Of a DNA stretch of 64,000 nucleotides, positions 19,382 through 29,255 are shown one piece after another. Position 1 is the first letter of the stretch; each line of letters starts with the position of its first letter. Location: positions 160,001 to 224,000 of the forward strand of contig JAOUFI010000001.1 in assembly GCA_029858305.1 (NCBI GenBank), written 5' to 3'. Below the pieces are notes generated by a model. The model had not been told where the DNA came from. It worked only from the letters and a program-made list of their open reading frames with translations, and did no database searches. The translations under genes were made by a program, and so were the position numbers. This stretch comes from Candidatus Thorarchaeota archaeon. Its GTDB lineage: Archaea; Asgardarchaeota; Thorarchaeia; Thorarchaeales; Thorarchaeaceae.

Positions 19382-20056
19382 ATGACTGTTACAATTCGAT
19401 GGTTAGCACATGCAAGTTTTCAAATAAAGACAGAAACGCAGAATGTCTACATTGATCCATCCACAAAAGACACGGGTCTGAAGAAGGATGATTTCAAACC
19501 TGCAGACTTGATATTGGTGACACACGGGCATAAAGATCATTTTGACAAGGACTTGCTCAAGAAAATCCGTAAGCCTGGAAATCCAGTGATTGCTCCAGGG
19601 GCTCTTAAAAAGGAGATGAAAGGTATTGTAATGTGGGATGTGGGTCCAGGACAATTTATGCAGATGTCTGGTGGATTCCATATTATAGGAACTCAGGCAT
19701 ATAACGTGAAGCGACTTCGACCTAATGGCGAACCGTTTCACCCCAAGGGACTTGGTGCAGGATATATCCTGAAGATTGAGGAAAAGAAAATCTACCATGC
19801 TGGAGATACTGACTTAATACCAGAGATGGAACAATTGAGCACAGCTGGCATAGATGTTGCGCTGCTTCCAGCTGGAGACACATATACAATGGATACTAAA
19901 GATGCAGCAGAAGCGGCATTGATGATCAAGCCAAAGGTCGTAATACCGATGCATCTTTGGGATAAGGATCCTACGCCTTTCAAGACAGAAGTTGAGTCAA
20001 GGTCATCAATGAAAGTCGTCCTACTTGGAAAGGGAGAGGAATATACTATAGAATAG
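19382..20056 (+). CDS. MBL-fold metallo-hydrolase
   Basis: WLAHASF, THGHKDH, YHAGDT, VIPMH. Confidence 0.9.
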   Translation: MTVTIRWLAHASFQIKTETQNVYIDPSTKDTGLKKDDFKPADLILVTHGHKDHFDKDLLKKIRKPGNPVIAPGALKKEMKGIVMWDVGPGQFMQMSGGFHIIGTQAYNVKRLRPNGEPFHPKGLGAGYILKIEEKKIYHAGDTDLIPEMEQLSTAGIDVALLPAGDTYTMDTKDAAEAALMIKPKVVIPMHLWDKDPTPFKTEVESRSSMKVVLLGKGEEYTIE

Positions 20057-20061
20057 ATTAT

Positions 20062-20088
20062 GGAAAACAGGAGACTATCGTCTCCTGT
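20062..20088. terminator. Perfect 9-bp hairpin between convergent genes
   Basis: ACAGGAGAC-TATC-GTCTCCTGT at 20067-20088, followed by a short T run on the minus strand. Confidence 0.5.
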
Positions 20089-20105
20089 GGCCAATATATT
20101 GAATT

Positions 20106-20249
20106 TCAGGGCCAAGACTTTAGTTTCTGAAGCTCATGTGCTTTGATTTTTGGATCTACCTCAAGTACCTCGACTTTGAGCATCTTGTCACCCTGCCGGT
20201 TTTTTTGGACAATGTCGAGTCCTTCGGTTGTCTGACCAAAGACCGTATG
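20106..20249 (-). pseudogene. Orphan 3' fragment of a cyclophilin gene (47 codons plus stop)
   Basis: [47 protein letters not shown] aligns without gaps to the C-terminus encoded by 20929-21072. Confidence 0.85.
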
Positions 20250-20628
20250 AGAGTTTATCTCTTCCCAAAAACGTGCACTCTGCACAGAGAATATTTCCTT
20301 TTTCGATTCTAAGATGAATGTCTGTTTTTCCTTTCCTAACGAAAGGTTCTCGCGTTGCTGCTCCTTCAAAAGCAATATTGAGATACGAAAGCAGTAAATC
20401 CCTCAGCTGTTCTTCTTTCAATTCAGAATGGACTTTAGGCGTTTTTTCAAAGCTGTGACCTCCATTTTTTACAAGTTTAACTACTGCTTCAATCGCAATT
20501 TTCTTGATTTCAGACTCCTTTTCCTTCTCTGTCTTTGGATACACAGGTTTGATTTCTTCTCGAACTGTGAGATTAACAAAAGTTTTGTGACCTTTGTTGA
20601 AGAGTGCCATTATGGAGCAAATCAGCAC
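20250..20628 (-). pseudogene. Truncated PD-(D/E)XK restriction-endonuclease-like fragment
   Basis: EEQLRDLLL...GKTDIHLR...ILCAECTF(W); catalytic ExK reads ECT; frameshift in a T run and abrupt junction to the cyclophilin fragment. Confidence 0.55.
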
Positions 20629-20928
20629 TATGTCACTCTTTTCAATGGGCTAGAAATATTGTCACCATAATGGCTGCAAAAATACACACGATGACGCCAA
20701 TGATGCCAATAATATTTCTTTTGTGTTTCAATTCTTGTTGCTCCACCATCCATATGGATGTGTATTCTCATTGGCAAAGAAGTACTTTAAGCTCTCAGTT
20801 CAACGCAACAACTCAAAAATTAATTATTCGAATATGAAAAAAAGTAAAGCGTATAGAATCATAAATTGAGAAACTTACACTTCATTTTGGAAATTTTCAT
20901 ATCCGTCAAGTTCATTATATTTTTTAGA

Positions 20929-21417
20929 TTATCTCCATGATTTCAATTTTTGAAGCTCATGTTTTTCAATCAAAGGGTCCACTTCCAGTACTTCCACCTT
21001 AAGCATTCTATCGCCTTGACGGATGCCATTTACAACTTCCATTCCTTCAATCACCTCTCCGAAGACTGTATGCTTTCCGTCGAGATGTTTAGTGTTTTTC
21101 TCATCAAGGACGATAAAGAATTGACTTCCACCGGTATCCCTTCCAGCATGAGCCATTGAAAAGGCGCCAACCCTGTGTTTCTGCTTGTGTCCTCGTGTTT
21201 CACAAGGAATTGCATATCCAGGTCCACCAGATCCTGTACCTGTAGGATCACCACCTTGAATTACAAAATTATCCACAACTCTGTGGAAGGTCAATCCATC
21301 ATAGTAACCACTCTGAGCAAGTGTGACGAAATTTTTGACTGTATTAATTGCATCATCATTCCAGAATTCCGCTAGAATGTTACCACGATTTGTCTGAATT
21401 CTAATTCTTGTTGGCAA
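20929..21417 (-). CDS. ppiA: Cyclophilin-type peptidyl-prolyl cis-trans isomerase
   Basis: [47 protein letters not shown]. Confidence 0.95.
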   Translation of the reverse strand: MPTRIRIQTNRGNILAEFWNDDAINTVKNFVTLAQSGYYDGLTFHRVVDNFVIQGGDPTGTGSGGPGYAIPCETRGHKQKHRVGAFSMAHAGRDTGGSQFFIVLDEKNTKHLDGKHTVFGEVIEGMEVVNGIRQGDRMLKVEVLEVDPLIEKHELQKLKSWR

Positions 21418-21568
21418 AGTTCAACACCTTTCAAGTAAATGTACGACCATAATCGCTTTTCTCAAGCTCATGCTTTTTTGTTCTTAGGTATTATGGAAGC
21501 TCTGTTAGAGAATAAGTTTCAGTCCCGCCTATTGGCTTATTAGCAAACACGAAGAATTCTGGAAACAG

Positions 21569-22774
21569 ATGACCATCGAAAGAGAATACACCGAAGGCAG
21601 GATAACATTCCTGAGCGCAGATGTCGAGCACTACAGTGGAAATAAGAAACAAATCACTGCAAGCATACCTGTCTTCTACAACGAAAAGATGAGGCTCAAC
21701 CGTGATATTTCGGTACTATTTCTCTCTGCGTACTTGAGAGAAAATAAAATTGAAACAATGTGTGAACCTCTAACCGGCTCTGGTGTCAGAACCCTAAGAT
21801 ATCTGAAAGAGTGTCCAGGAGATTTTACTGCGAAGCTATTTGATGTGAATCCAAATGCTATAGAAATTGCACGTAAGAATATCAAGTCACTGAACCTTGA
21901 AACGAGAGCTCAAGTACTCAAGGGTGATGCAAAGCTTCTATTGTTGACGGAGTCGAGAGAGAAACGATTTGATTATGTAGATGTAGATCCCTTTGGTACG
22001 CCCGCTCCGTATGTTAATGCTGCCATTCAATCATTAAACCCAGATGGTGGACTCCTTGCCTTAACTGCAACAGACATGCCAGTACTTTGTGGAGCCTATC
22101 AAAAAGTCGCATTAAGGAGGTATGGAGGTTTCTCGGTCAGAGCTCCATTTGTGCATGAAGTTGCTGTAAGACTTCTTGAGGGATTTGCCTTTCGAGTCGC
22201 AGGTCTCAACGATTGTTCCATAACACCTCTTGCAGTTCTGAGCACAGATCATTATATCAGGACTTGGATAAAAATTGAAGCAGATAGAAAGAAGTCCAAT
22301 CGTCAGACAGAGAACCTAGGTATAATCAAGTTCTGTGAGGGGTGCATGCAGACCCAAATAATCCCTCAGCCACAGAAATATGATAACGACACATTCGAGC
22401 ATGCGATGCACAACTGCAAAGGGTTGATACGTATGGCCGGTCCATTATGGATTGGGGATTTGTTCAAAATAAAACAACTAAAAGGAGCGCAGGAAATATT
22501 CAATCAGGATGATGCAAGTTATTATCACAAGCGGGTTCAAAGAATCCTAGAAGAAATGATAGAGGAACATTCACTGATTGAAATACCGTTCATAGATCTT
22601 CATGCATTATGCGACTTGCATAATTTCACCCCACCAAAGAACTCGGATATCATCCAGTATCTCAAAACTATGGGGTATAGTGCAACAAGAACACATTTCA
22701 GACCCACAGCAATTAGAACTAATGCCCCGGTGGCAGAAGTTGTGTCTGCGATAAAGAATCTAATGAAAAGGTGA
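21569..22774 (+). CDS. trm1: tRNA (guanine26-N2)-dimethyltransferase
   Basis: VFYNEKMRLNRD, GSGVRTLRY, VDVDPFGTP, GPLWIG, THF.PTAIRTNAP. Confidence 0.93.
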   Translation: MTIEREYTEGRITFLSADVEHYSGNKKQITASIPVFYNEKMRLNRDISVLFLSAYLRENKIETMCEPLTGSGVRTLRYLKECPGDFTAKLFDVNPNAIEIARKNIKSLNLETRAQVLKGDAKLLLLTESREKRFDYVDVDPFGTPAPYVNAAIQSLNPDGGLLALTATDMPVLCGAYQKVALRRYGGFSVRAPFVHEVAVRLLEGFAFRVAGLNDCSITPLAVLSTDHYIRTWIKIEADRKKSNRQTENLGIIKFCEGCMQTQIIPQPQKYDNDTFEHAMHNCKGLIRMAGPLWIGDLFKIKQLKGAQEIFNQDDASYYHKRVQRILEEMIEEHSLIEIPFIDLHALCDLHNFTPPKNSDIIQYLKTMGYSATRTHFRPTAIRTNAPVAEVVSAIKNLMKR

Positions 22775-22780
22775 GTATGA

Positions 22781-23422
22781 ATGGGAAGACAGTCCGAGGG
22801 TGAACGACGTAAGAGAGAGTTCTACTACAGGGCTGCAAAGAAAGCAGGCTATCGAAGTAGATCAGCTTACAAAATAAAACAAATAGCCAAGAAGCATGGC
22901 ATATTAAACGGGGTTGATATCGTCCTGGAACTATGCAGTTCTCCAGGAGGTTGGACTCAAGTACTTCGCGAATTAAATACGAGTCTACAGATTGTAGCAA
23001 TAGATTTGGAAGCCATGTCACCTGTTCAAGGAGTTCATTTCATCCAAGGAAGCATCCTAGATGATGAGATTATTGTCAAAGCTAAAACTCTTACAAGGGG
23101 ACATTTCGATCTTGTATTATCAGACTGTTCACCGAAAGTGTCTGGTCATTGGGAACTTGATGTTGTCAGACAGCTTGAACTAGCTAGTCGTACATTCGAG
23201 ATAGGACAGCAGGTTCTTGGACCAAATGGAAAAGCCCTCGCAAAGGTGTTCCAAGGGCAGGGTTTTCAAGAATTTATGGCACAAATCCGTTCAATGTTCC
23301 GCACAGTGAAACTAATCAAACCCGATGCATCACGCAAAACAAGTGCGGAGATATACCTACTTGCAACTGGACCATTTAGGAAAAAATCTGATGAGAGAAG
23401 TATGGAAAAAGACACTAATTAA
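22781..23422 (+). CDS. rlmE: 23S rRNA 2'-O-methyltransferase (FtsJ/RlmE)
   Basis: GYRSRSAYKI, SPGGWTQV, LSDCSP, KVFQG, KPDASRKTSAEIY. Confidence 0.93.
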   Translation: MGRQSEGERRKREFYYRAAKKAGYRSRSAYKIKQIAKKHGILNGVDIVLELCSSPGGWTQVLRELNTSLQIVAIDLEAMSPVQGVHFIQGSILDDEIIVKAKTLTRGHFDLVLSDCSPKVSGHWELDVVRQLELASRTFEIGQQVLGPNGKALAKVFQGQGFQEFMAQIRSMFRTVKLIKPDASRKTSAEIYLLATGPFRKKSDERSMEKDTN

Positions 23423-23762
23423 TATCAGCGCCCACCCATTCTTCTAGTTCCCTACAAAGGACTGGAGAGTCTGGCTGTCTTACCCCACATTTTGTGATTC
23501 TGAGACAGTGAAAACAGGGACAACCATCCATGTCAGTCAGACAACTAGGCTCCGATTCCTCTGTCAGTGCGGTCCTCGTTATGTATCTTTCATTTTCTAC
23601 TTCTTGTTTCTGCATTATCTTTCCCTCGGACATCAGAGCTGTTAGAGCTGACGTGATTTGTTCGAGACTAATGTCGAGTCTTTCTTTAAGGTCCATGATG
23701 CTAAGACCAGCCTGATCGGCGGTCTTTAACTCGTTCAGTATCTGTTCAGATACGCCGTTCAT
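23415..23762 (-). CDS. TFE-beta / RPC34-like winged-helix plus Fe-S domain protein
   Basis: wHTH N-terminus; C-terminal CPCFHC...C...SPVLC..LEEW. Confidence 0.8.
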   Translation of the reverse strand: MNGVSEQILNELKTADQAGLSIMDLKERLDISLEQITSALTALMSEGKIMQKQEVENERYITRTALTEESEPSCLTDMDGCPCFHCLRITKCGVRQPDSPVLCRELEEWVGADIN

Positions 23763-23894
23763 TGAAATGACCTTTTGATTGACATGCGACAACATCAAAC
23801 AAACTACACAGACCGATATTTAACTATCGGAAGGGGCTATATATTATCGGCAAATGTCGTATTGAATTTGACAAGGATGTACACAAGCGTACAT

Positions 23895-24131
23895 TCATTT
23901 TCTATGTATATAGAGAACCTGTCCGATGAGTTTCTTGGTATCAGACTCTTTGTTTGGGCGAATTGCAACATATGGGTGTTTGACTGGTCCAAAAACGTCG
24001 ACAATGATGCCTATCTCTTGCGCCCTCTTATCAAATACAATCGATTTGTTGCCTACAGGTGGAACCTTCTCAGTACGTACAATGATTGTTCCGCGATGCG
24101 AAATCTGAAGTACTGTTCCGAGCCGTCTCAA
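23895..24131 (-). CDS. gar1: H/ACA RNP component Gar1
   Basis: MRRLGTVL, IGIIVDVFGPVKHPYVAI. Confidence 0.92.
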   Translation of the reverse strand: MRRLGTVLQISHRGTIIVRTEKVPPVGNKSIVFDKRAQEIGIIVDVFGPVKHPYVAIRPNKESDTKKLIGQVLYIHRK

Positions 24132-24155
24132 TATCTTGTCACCTGTGACTAAATA

Positions 24156-24509
24156 CTACTTTCGGTGTTTTTTCTTTCCCTTCTTCGTGGATTCTACCAA
24201 TCGCATAGACTCCCGTTTAGCAACAGCTCTTCGGACACCCTTTGCTAGCATTAGTAGAATTCTCTTCTTCTTGTGACCCTCTTCATTCGTAACTGCAATG
24301 TACCCCTTTTTGTCAATCCAATTGCGGGGATATCTCTTGTCACGTTCAACCTCATATTCAAATCCTGATGATTCTGCAGCCTCTTCCAGAATATCTATTG
24401 TAACATCTGAAGCGGCAAGATTACTTGATATCTTTCGACCTTGTAGCCGCGTGTAGTTTTTCTCGAAATATGCTGGCCAGAATATGAGCACCCCATCGCG
24501 CTTTCTCAT
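24156..24509 (-). CDS. srp19: Signal recognition particle protein SRP19
   Basis: FWPAYF...GRKI, KRYPRNW, G.I.V...KKRIL. Confidence 0.92.
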   Translation of the reverse strand: MRKRDGVLIFWPAYFEKNYTRLQGRKISSNLAASDVTIDILEEAAESSGFEYEVERDKRYPRNWIDKKGYIAVTNEEGHKKKRILLMLAKGVRRAVAKRESMRLVESTKKGKKKHRK

Positions 24510-24662
24510 TCCGTACACACCTATGTTCTGATGCTGGTTCTCTTACTATTACACTTTTTATCCTTCCCATGGGTATTGATTCTGATGTTTTTCATCCCAA
24601 GAGGGAACTTCTTAAGCATCTGAACACGGTCGATAAATAACCGAGCACAGGATGCTGATGAG

Positions 24663-25148
24663 TTGCACAGAAAGAGTAAGGATGTATATTTTGCAGAGAT
24701 TGCCGATCTAGTATCATCTAGAAGTACGTGCCTTAGGGACCAAGTAGGAGCTGTTGTGGTGAAAGAGTCCCAGATTCTCAGCACTGGATATAACGGTGCT
24801 CCAAAAGGACTCCCACACTGTTCGGAGATTGGATGTTTAAGGGATCAGATGGGCGTAAAATCCGGAGAGCGTCATGAACTGTGTAGGGGACTACATGCAG
24901 AACAGAATGCCATTATTCAAGCGGCTTATCATGGAACGAGTGTCAGGGGAGCAAAGATGTATTGTACGACAAGACCCTGCAGTATCTGCACAAAGATGAT
25001 TATCAATGCAGGTATTGTCGAAATCATCTATATTGATGGTTATGAGGATGCCTTGGCAACACAACTAGTCAAGGAGTCAGAACTCGTTGTTCGTCAGATT
25101 ATGATTCCCAGAGTCTATGGCAGAAATGGTACAAACATAGCTAAATAA
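24663..25148 (+). CDS. dCMP deaminase (ComEB-like)
   Basis: [22 protein letters not shown]. Confidence 0.92.
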   Translation: MHRKSKDVYFAEIADLVSSRSTCLRDQVGAVVVKESQILSTGYNGAPKGLPHCSEIGCLRDQMGVKSGERHELCRGLHAEQNAIIQAAYHGTSVRGAKMYCTTRPCSICTKMIINAGIVEIIYIDGYEDALATQLVKESELVVRQIMIPRVYGRNGTNIAK

Positions 25149-25220
25149 CTCGCAAAAGCCATTTGTCGGGAAAGCTTAAAGAGTGACTAGGTCCCAGATT
25201 TAGTTCTAGGTGCACAGTAC

Positions 25221-26135
25221 ATGGTTGAACTCCGAAATTTAATCAGCATACTTGACCTAGAGAAGAAACAGATTGATCATATTCTTGATAATGCGGCTAA
25301 AATGGAAGCTGTGGCAGTAAAAAGAAGCAAAGATTTAGATTCCAAGATTATGGCAACACTGTTTTTTGAACCATCAACACGAACTCGTCTTTCATTTGAA
25401 AGCGCAATGTTGCGACTTGGTGGAAGTGTGCTTGGATTTGCAGAGGCTGGAACCTCAAGTGCAGGTGGTAAAGGGGAAACACTTGCTGATACTATTCGTA
25501 CTGTTGAAAGATACGCTGATGTAATCGTGATGCGTCACCCATTAGATGGTTCTGCTAGGGTTGCAGCAGAGTTCTCCAACATTCCTGTTATCAATGCGGG
25601 AAGTGGTTCGGAGGAACACCCAACACAGGCGCTTTTAGACCTCTACTCTATAAAGAAACTCAAGGGAAAGCTTGATGGAATATCAATTTCCCTCTGTGGG
25701 GATTTGAAGTATGGCAGAACTGTTCATTCTCTTGGAATGGGACTTACACACTATGATGTCACCATCAAACTCGCAGCTCCGCAGTCGTTACGAATGAAAC
25801 CTGCAGTGATTGAACAGATGAAAAAAGCAGGCGTGAGCGTGATTGAAGTAGAGAGTATTGAAGAAGCAGTCAAGGATACTGATGTCATCTATATGACCCG
25901 CATTCAGAAAGAACGATTTCCAGATCCTAGAGAATACGACAAGGTGAGTGGCAAGTTTAGTATCACTGCACAAGATGTCAAATTGATGCGAGATGATGCA
26001 ATTATTTTGCATCCCCTCCCAAGAGTGGACGAATTAAGCGCGGAAGTGGATAGTTTCCCACAAGCCAAATATTTCGACCAAGTCTACAACGGGGTCATTG
26101 TCCGCATGGCCATATTAAAGATGATTCTTGGCTAG
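25221..26135 (+). CDS. pyrB: Aspartate carbamoyltransferase catalytic subunit
   Basis: FFEPSTRTRLSF, HPTQALLD, GDLKYGRTVHSL, HPLPR. Confidence 0.97.
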   Translation: MVELRNLISILDLEKKQIDHILDNAAKMEAVAVKRSKDLDSKIMATLFFEPSTRTRLSFESAMLRLGGSVLGFAEAGTSSAGGKGETLADTIRTVERYADVIVMRHPLDGSARVAAEFSNIPVINAGSGSEEHPTQALLDLYSIKKLKGKLDGISISLCGDLKYGRTVHSLGMGLTHYDVTIKLAAPQSLRMKPAVIEQMKKAGVSVIEVESIEEAVKDTDVIYMTRIQKERFPDPREYDKVSGKFSITAQDVKLMRDDAIILHPLPRVDELSAEVDSFPQAKYFDQVYNGVIVRMAILKMILG

Positions 26136-26857
26136 ATAGGTTCGAGGCTCCTAAGCTCTCGTATCAGAATATCCAGCGAGCCAAGCTTACTGACTGCAAG
26201 CGGTATCCGCATCTGCTCAGATAGTTCAAGTGCCAGACGATCTACCTCTCCAACGCCATGTAGAATGACCAGCGCTGGTTTAAACTCTTGAGATTTTATA
26301 GCAATCATCGGAGCTCGACCAGTATTTACATTTGTAAACAGCAAACACCGTTCAGTTGTAGCACCAAAGAGCTTTAGAAACGCATCACTGTTGAGCTCCT
26401 TCACAGCACGTTCTACATCAACCAATGTATAGCCGTAGAGCTGTCGATCCAGGTACTTCTCTCCAGCGACGATTGTACACTTCAACTGCTTACAGAAATT
26501 TTTCGAACTGAAAGGAGTTGAAAAATCACTCATGGCCAGCACAATATTGAGATCAACAAGACTCACGTCCATCAACCTTACAAAAGCTGCAACGGTGTGA
26601 CCACCATTACGCTCATCAAGACTTAGGAGTGCCATCACAAAACGTCGTATCGTTGAGGTACCAGGAGACTTCCGTCTTCCGGATTCATAATCGCTAATCA
26701 CACTAGGGCTGATGCCGAGAAATTCTGCAAGAATGATTTGAGGAAGTCGAAACCGCTCACGCCAGACTCGCATTGCCTGGCCAGGACTTTCTGATAATGC
26801 TATCTCACCTGCTATTCGTCTTGCAAGCCGGTCTCTGACTGATGACTGATACGACAT
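26132..26857 (-). CDS. Archaeal XRE-type HTH transcriptional regulator (COG1709-like)
   Basis: IAGEIALSESPG, SPSVISDYESGRRKSPG, FTNVNTGRAPMIAI. Confidence 0.88.
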   Translation of the reverse strand: MSYQSSVRDRLARRIAGEIALSESPGQAMRVWRERFRLPQIILAEFLGISPSVISDYESGRRKSPGTSTIRRFVMALLSLDERNGGHTVAAFVRLMDVSLVDLNIVLAMSDFSTPFSSKNFCKQLKCTIVAGEKYLDRQLYGYTLVDVERAVKELNSDAFLKLFGATTERCLLFTNVNTGRAPMIAIKSQEFKPALVILHGVGEVDRLALELSEQMRIPLAVSKLGSLDILIRELRSLEPI

Positions 26858-26946
26858 TATGCGATGTTTGGAGCAGTGGGAACATAAGCATTTCGACTAT
26901 TGACGATGTATAGAAGGTGCCTTTCCTAGGGTGATTAGCTATGTTT

Positions 26947-27135
26947 CTAGGATACCACTACTCTGAAAGAGACACAGCCATTCGGACATTCCTCAACACA
27001 GTTACCACATTCTTTGCAATATTGCACATGTGCGATAGTTGGTTTTTCGTCTATTTTCTCGTAAACCCCATAGCGGCATGTCTTTACGCATGTCCCGCAA
27101 CCATCGCAGCAGTCATACTCAATTTTGGTAGGAAT
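26947..27135 (-). CDS. 2[4Fe-4S] ferredoxin with an apparent ATT start (or a 1-nt frameshift near the start)
   Basis: Not in the ORF track. (M)PTKIEYDCCDGCGTCVKTCRYG...CKECGNCVEECPNGCVSFRVVVS*; GGTGA 6 nt before the ATT. Confidence 0.75.
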   Translation of the reverse strand: MPTKIEYDCCDGCGTCVKTCRYGVYEKIDEKPTIAHVQYCKECGNCVEECPNGCVSFRVVVS

Positions 27136-27291
27136 GTCAATTCACCGTGTTTGTCTTATTCAGTGTAAGTTTTGTTATTTAACGACTTAAGACATATAGG
27201 AAATGGACATACAGAATGGCTTCAAACTGATTGCCTTTCAGCTCATTCCTACTGAAAGAGTCATCAAGATGTACAATGATACGAAAAGAAG

Positions 27292-27432
27292 TGGTGGGCC
27301 GGCCCGGATTTGAACCGGGGATCCCTTGGATTCTTGCGGGCTTGGGCAATGCCAAGCGGCGACCCAAACCAAGAATCATTTTTGGCAACCGGTCACGAGT
27401 GACGGATTGTAGCCAAGCTAGACCACCGACCC
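27292..27432 (-). tRNA. tRNA-Pro(TGG) with two introns: D-loop 27380-27410 (31 nt) and 37/38 at 27331-27362 (32 nt)
   Basis: Removing both gives a 78-nt cloverleaf (CTTGG-TTTGGGT-CCAAG); BHB central helices TTGG/CCAA and TTTG/CAAG. Confidence 0.9.
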
Positions 27433-27480
27433 TTGCATTCTAGCTTCCTCTCAATTCGAGTTATAAGAATATCTCTGGAT

Positions 27481-29175
27481 TCAAGGACAGATTCCAATGA
27501 TGACTCCTTGATATGGCGCAAGATGAAGTTTGGATTCGTTGAGTGTGTCTGTATCACTTATGGTCGAGAATAGTAGTTTAGGATTCTTCCCAATTTCACT
27601 TACGTAACTTGGTTTTTTAGAGAAATTCAACCAAATTTGTACTACTTGTTCATCGTATATTCGTTGGTAAGAGAGGAAGTTACCAAATAGAGATGGAGGT
27701 AATAGATTCAGTGATCCTGAATGAAGAGCTGGGGTTTCTTTACGGAGTTTCAGGAGAGCCTTGTAACAGTTCAATAGGGAATCTGGATTAGACTCTTCTG
27801 AGTCTACATTGATTGTTTCATATCCAAGACTTACTGGGAGCCAGGAGATTGATTTGTCAGAACAAAAACCTGCATTTGGTGATGAAGTCCATTGCATTGG
27901 AGTTCTGCAATCATCACGATTCAGAGAGATTGAACCACTTCGTGTTAGTAGATTAACAATAAATTGAGGAAGCCAGCTATACTTCAGAGCTACAGGATCT
28001 TGTGCGTTTCTTAAAGGGATTCTATGATTTGACATTCCAACCTCTTCACCATAATAGATGAAGGGAACTCCTCTTGCTGTTAGTTGCAACATCACGTTGA
28101 TTTTTGCCTTGTTCACGTCATTCCCTAATTTACTAATACGACGCATTTGATCGTGGTTAGAGAATACCCAGGTCGGAGAGTAGGGCTCTATAAAGTATTG
28201 TTCATATCTACTGATTAAGTTACGAAACGTGTTTGCATCAAATCTTGCATTGAGAGATTGGAAGAGGAATGTCAAATGAAGTCCATTGGTCTTGATATCA
28301 TCTATTTTTTCGCCACAATACCTCTTGAGCGTTTCAAGTGATGCTGCTATTTCGCCAACCAAGAACCTTTCGGGATCTGAATATTCATCCATCACACTTC
28401 GAAGTTCTTTCGCAAAGGCAAAATTGTCAGGATGATTGACAGTGTATAACTTATTCTGGAAGAAACTTTTGTCATGCTCCTCGGAAGGAAAGAATGTTAA
28501 GGCAAATGGATTATTTTGAAGACTCTCATCTTCAAACACCGTATTGATGATATCTAAACGAAACCCATCGACGCCCTTATCCAACCAAAAGCGAAGAGTA
28601 TCAAACATCTCTTGCTTCACTTCAGTATTGCGATAGTTTAGATCTGGTTGAAAGGGAAGAAACTGAGCCCAGTACCATTGGTCAGTCTGTTCATCATAGT
28701 GCCATCCTGAACCTCCTACAATCGATTTCCAGTTGTTTGGAGGTTTCTTACCTCTTGGCTTTTGGCCATCACGCCAAATGTACCAATTGCGCTTCGGATT
28801 ATCCATACTCGACCGTGATTGCAGGAACCAAGGGTGTTGATTGCTAGTATGATTGAGAACCATATCAAAAACCACATACATGTCGCGATTGTGAATTTCC
28901 TGTATGAGCCTTTCACAGTCACTCATGGTTCCATACTCAGAAGCAATACTTCTGTAGTCACTGACATCATACCCATGATCTGCTTGAGGACTCGAAAAGA
29001 ATGGTGAGAACCAGATTGTTCCAACTCCCAAATCCTGTAGATAGTCTAGTTTTGAAATGATTCCTGGAATATCTCCAATTCCGTTGTTTGTACTATCCTT
29101 GAAACTTCGTGGATAAATCTGATATACTGTGGTCGTCTTCCACCAAGGTAGGAATTTAATAGAAGATGTCACCAC
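27481..29175 (-). CDS. GH13 alpha-glucosidase / oligo-1,6-glucosidase
   Basis: YQIYPRSF, DMVLNHTS, DGFRLD, VGE, SNHD, RDDCRTPMQW. Confidence 0.93.
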   Translation of the reverse strand: MVTSSIKFLPWWKTTTVYQIYPRSFKDSTNNGIGDIPGIISKLDYLQDLGVGTIWFSPFFSSPQADHGYDVSDYRSIASEYGTMSDCERLIQEIHNRDMYVVFDMVLNHTSNQHPWFLQSRSSMDNPKRNWYIWRDGQKPRGKKPPNNWKSIVGGSGWHYDEQTDQWYWAQFLPFQPDLNYRNTEVKQEMFDTLRFWLDKGVDGFRLDIINTVFEDESLQNNPFALTFFPSEEHDKSFFQNKLYTVNHPDNFAFAKELRSVMDEYSDPERFLVGEIAASLETLKRYCGEKIDDIKTNGLHLTFLFQSLNARFDANTFRNLISRYEQYFIEPYSPTWVFSNHDQMRRISKLGNDVNKAKINVMLQLTARGVPFIYYGEEVGMSNHRIPLRNAQDPVALKYSWLPQFIVNLLTRSGSISLNRDDCRTPMQWTSSPNAGFCSDKSISWLPVSLGYETINVDSEESNPDSLLNCYKALLKLRKETPALHSGSLNLLPPSLFGNFLSYQRIYDEQVVQIWLNFSKKPSYVSEIGKNPKLLFSTISDTDTLNESKLHLAPYQGVIIGICP

Positions 29176-29255
29176 GGAAGATACCTCATATGATTTAAAT
29201 TACAACTGCCTCATTTCTCTTCTTATTTCGTTATTGATTAGCAGCACACCCAAGC

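Noticed and set aside
24521-24590. MGRIKSVIV(K)RTS resembles the N-terminus of ribosomal protein eS17
   Set aside because: Needs a frameshift and stops after about 16 codons; too short to separate from chance
27179-27443. ORFs overlapping tRNA-Pro (likewise 46485-47036 and 59576-59800 over tRNA-Ser and tRNA-Trp)
   Set aside because: Spurious translations across tRNA genes
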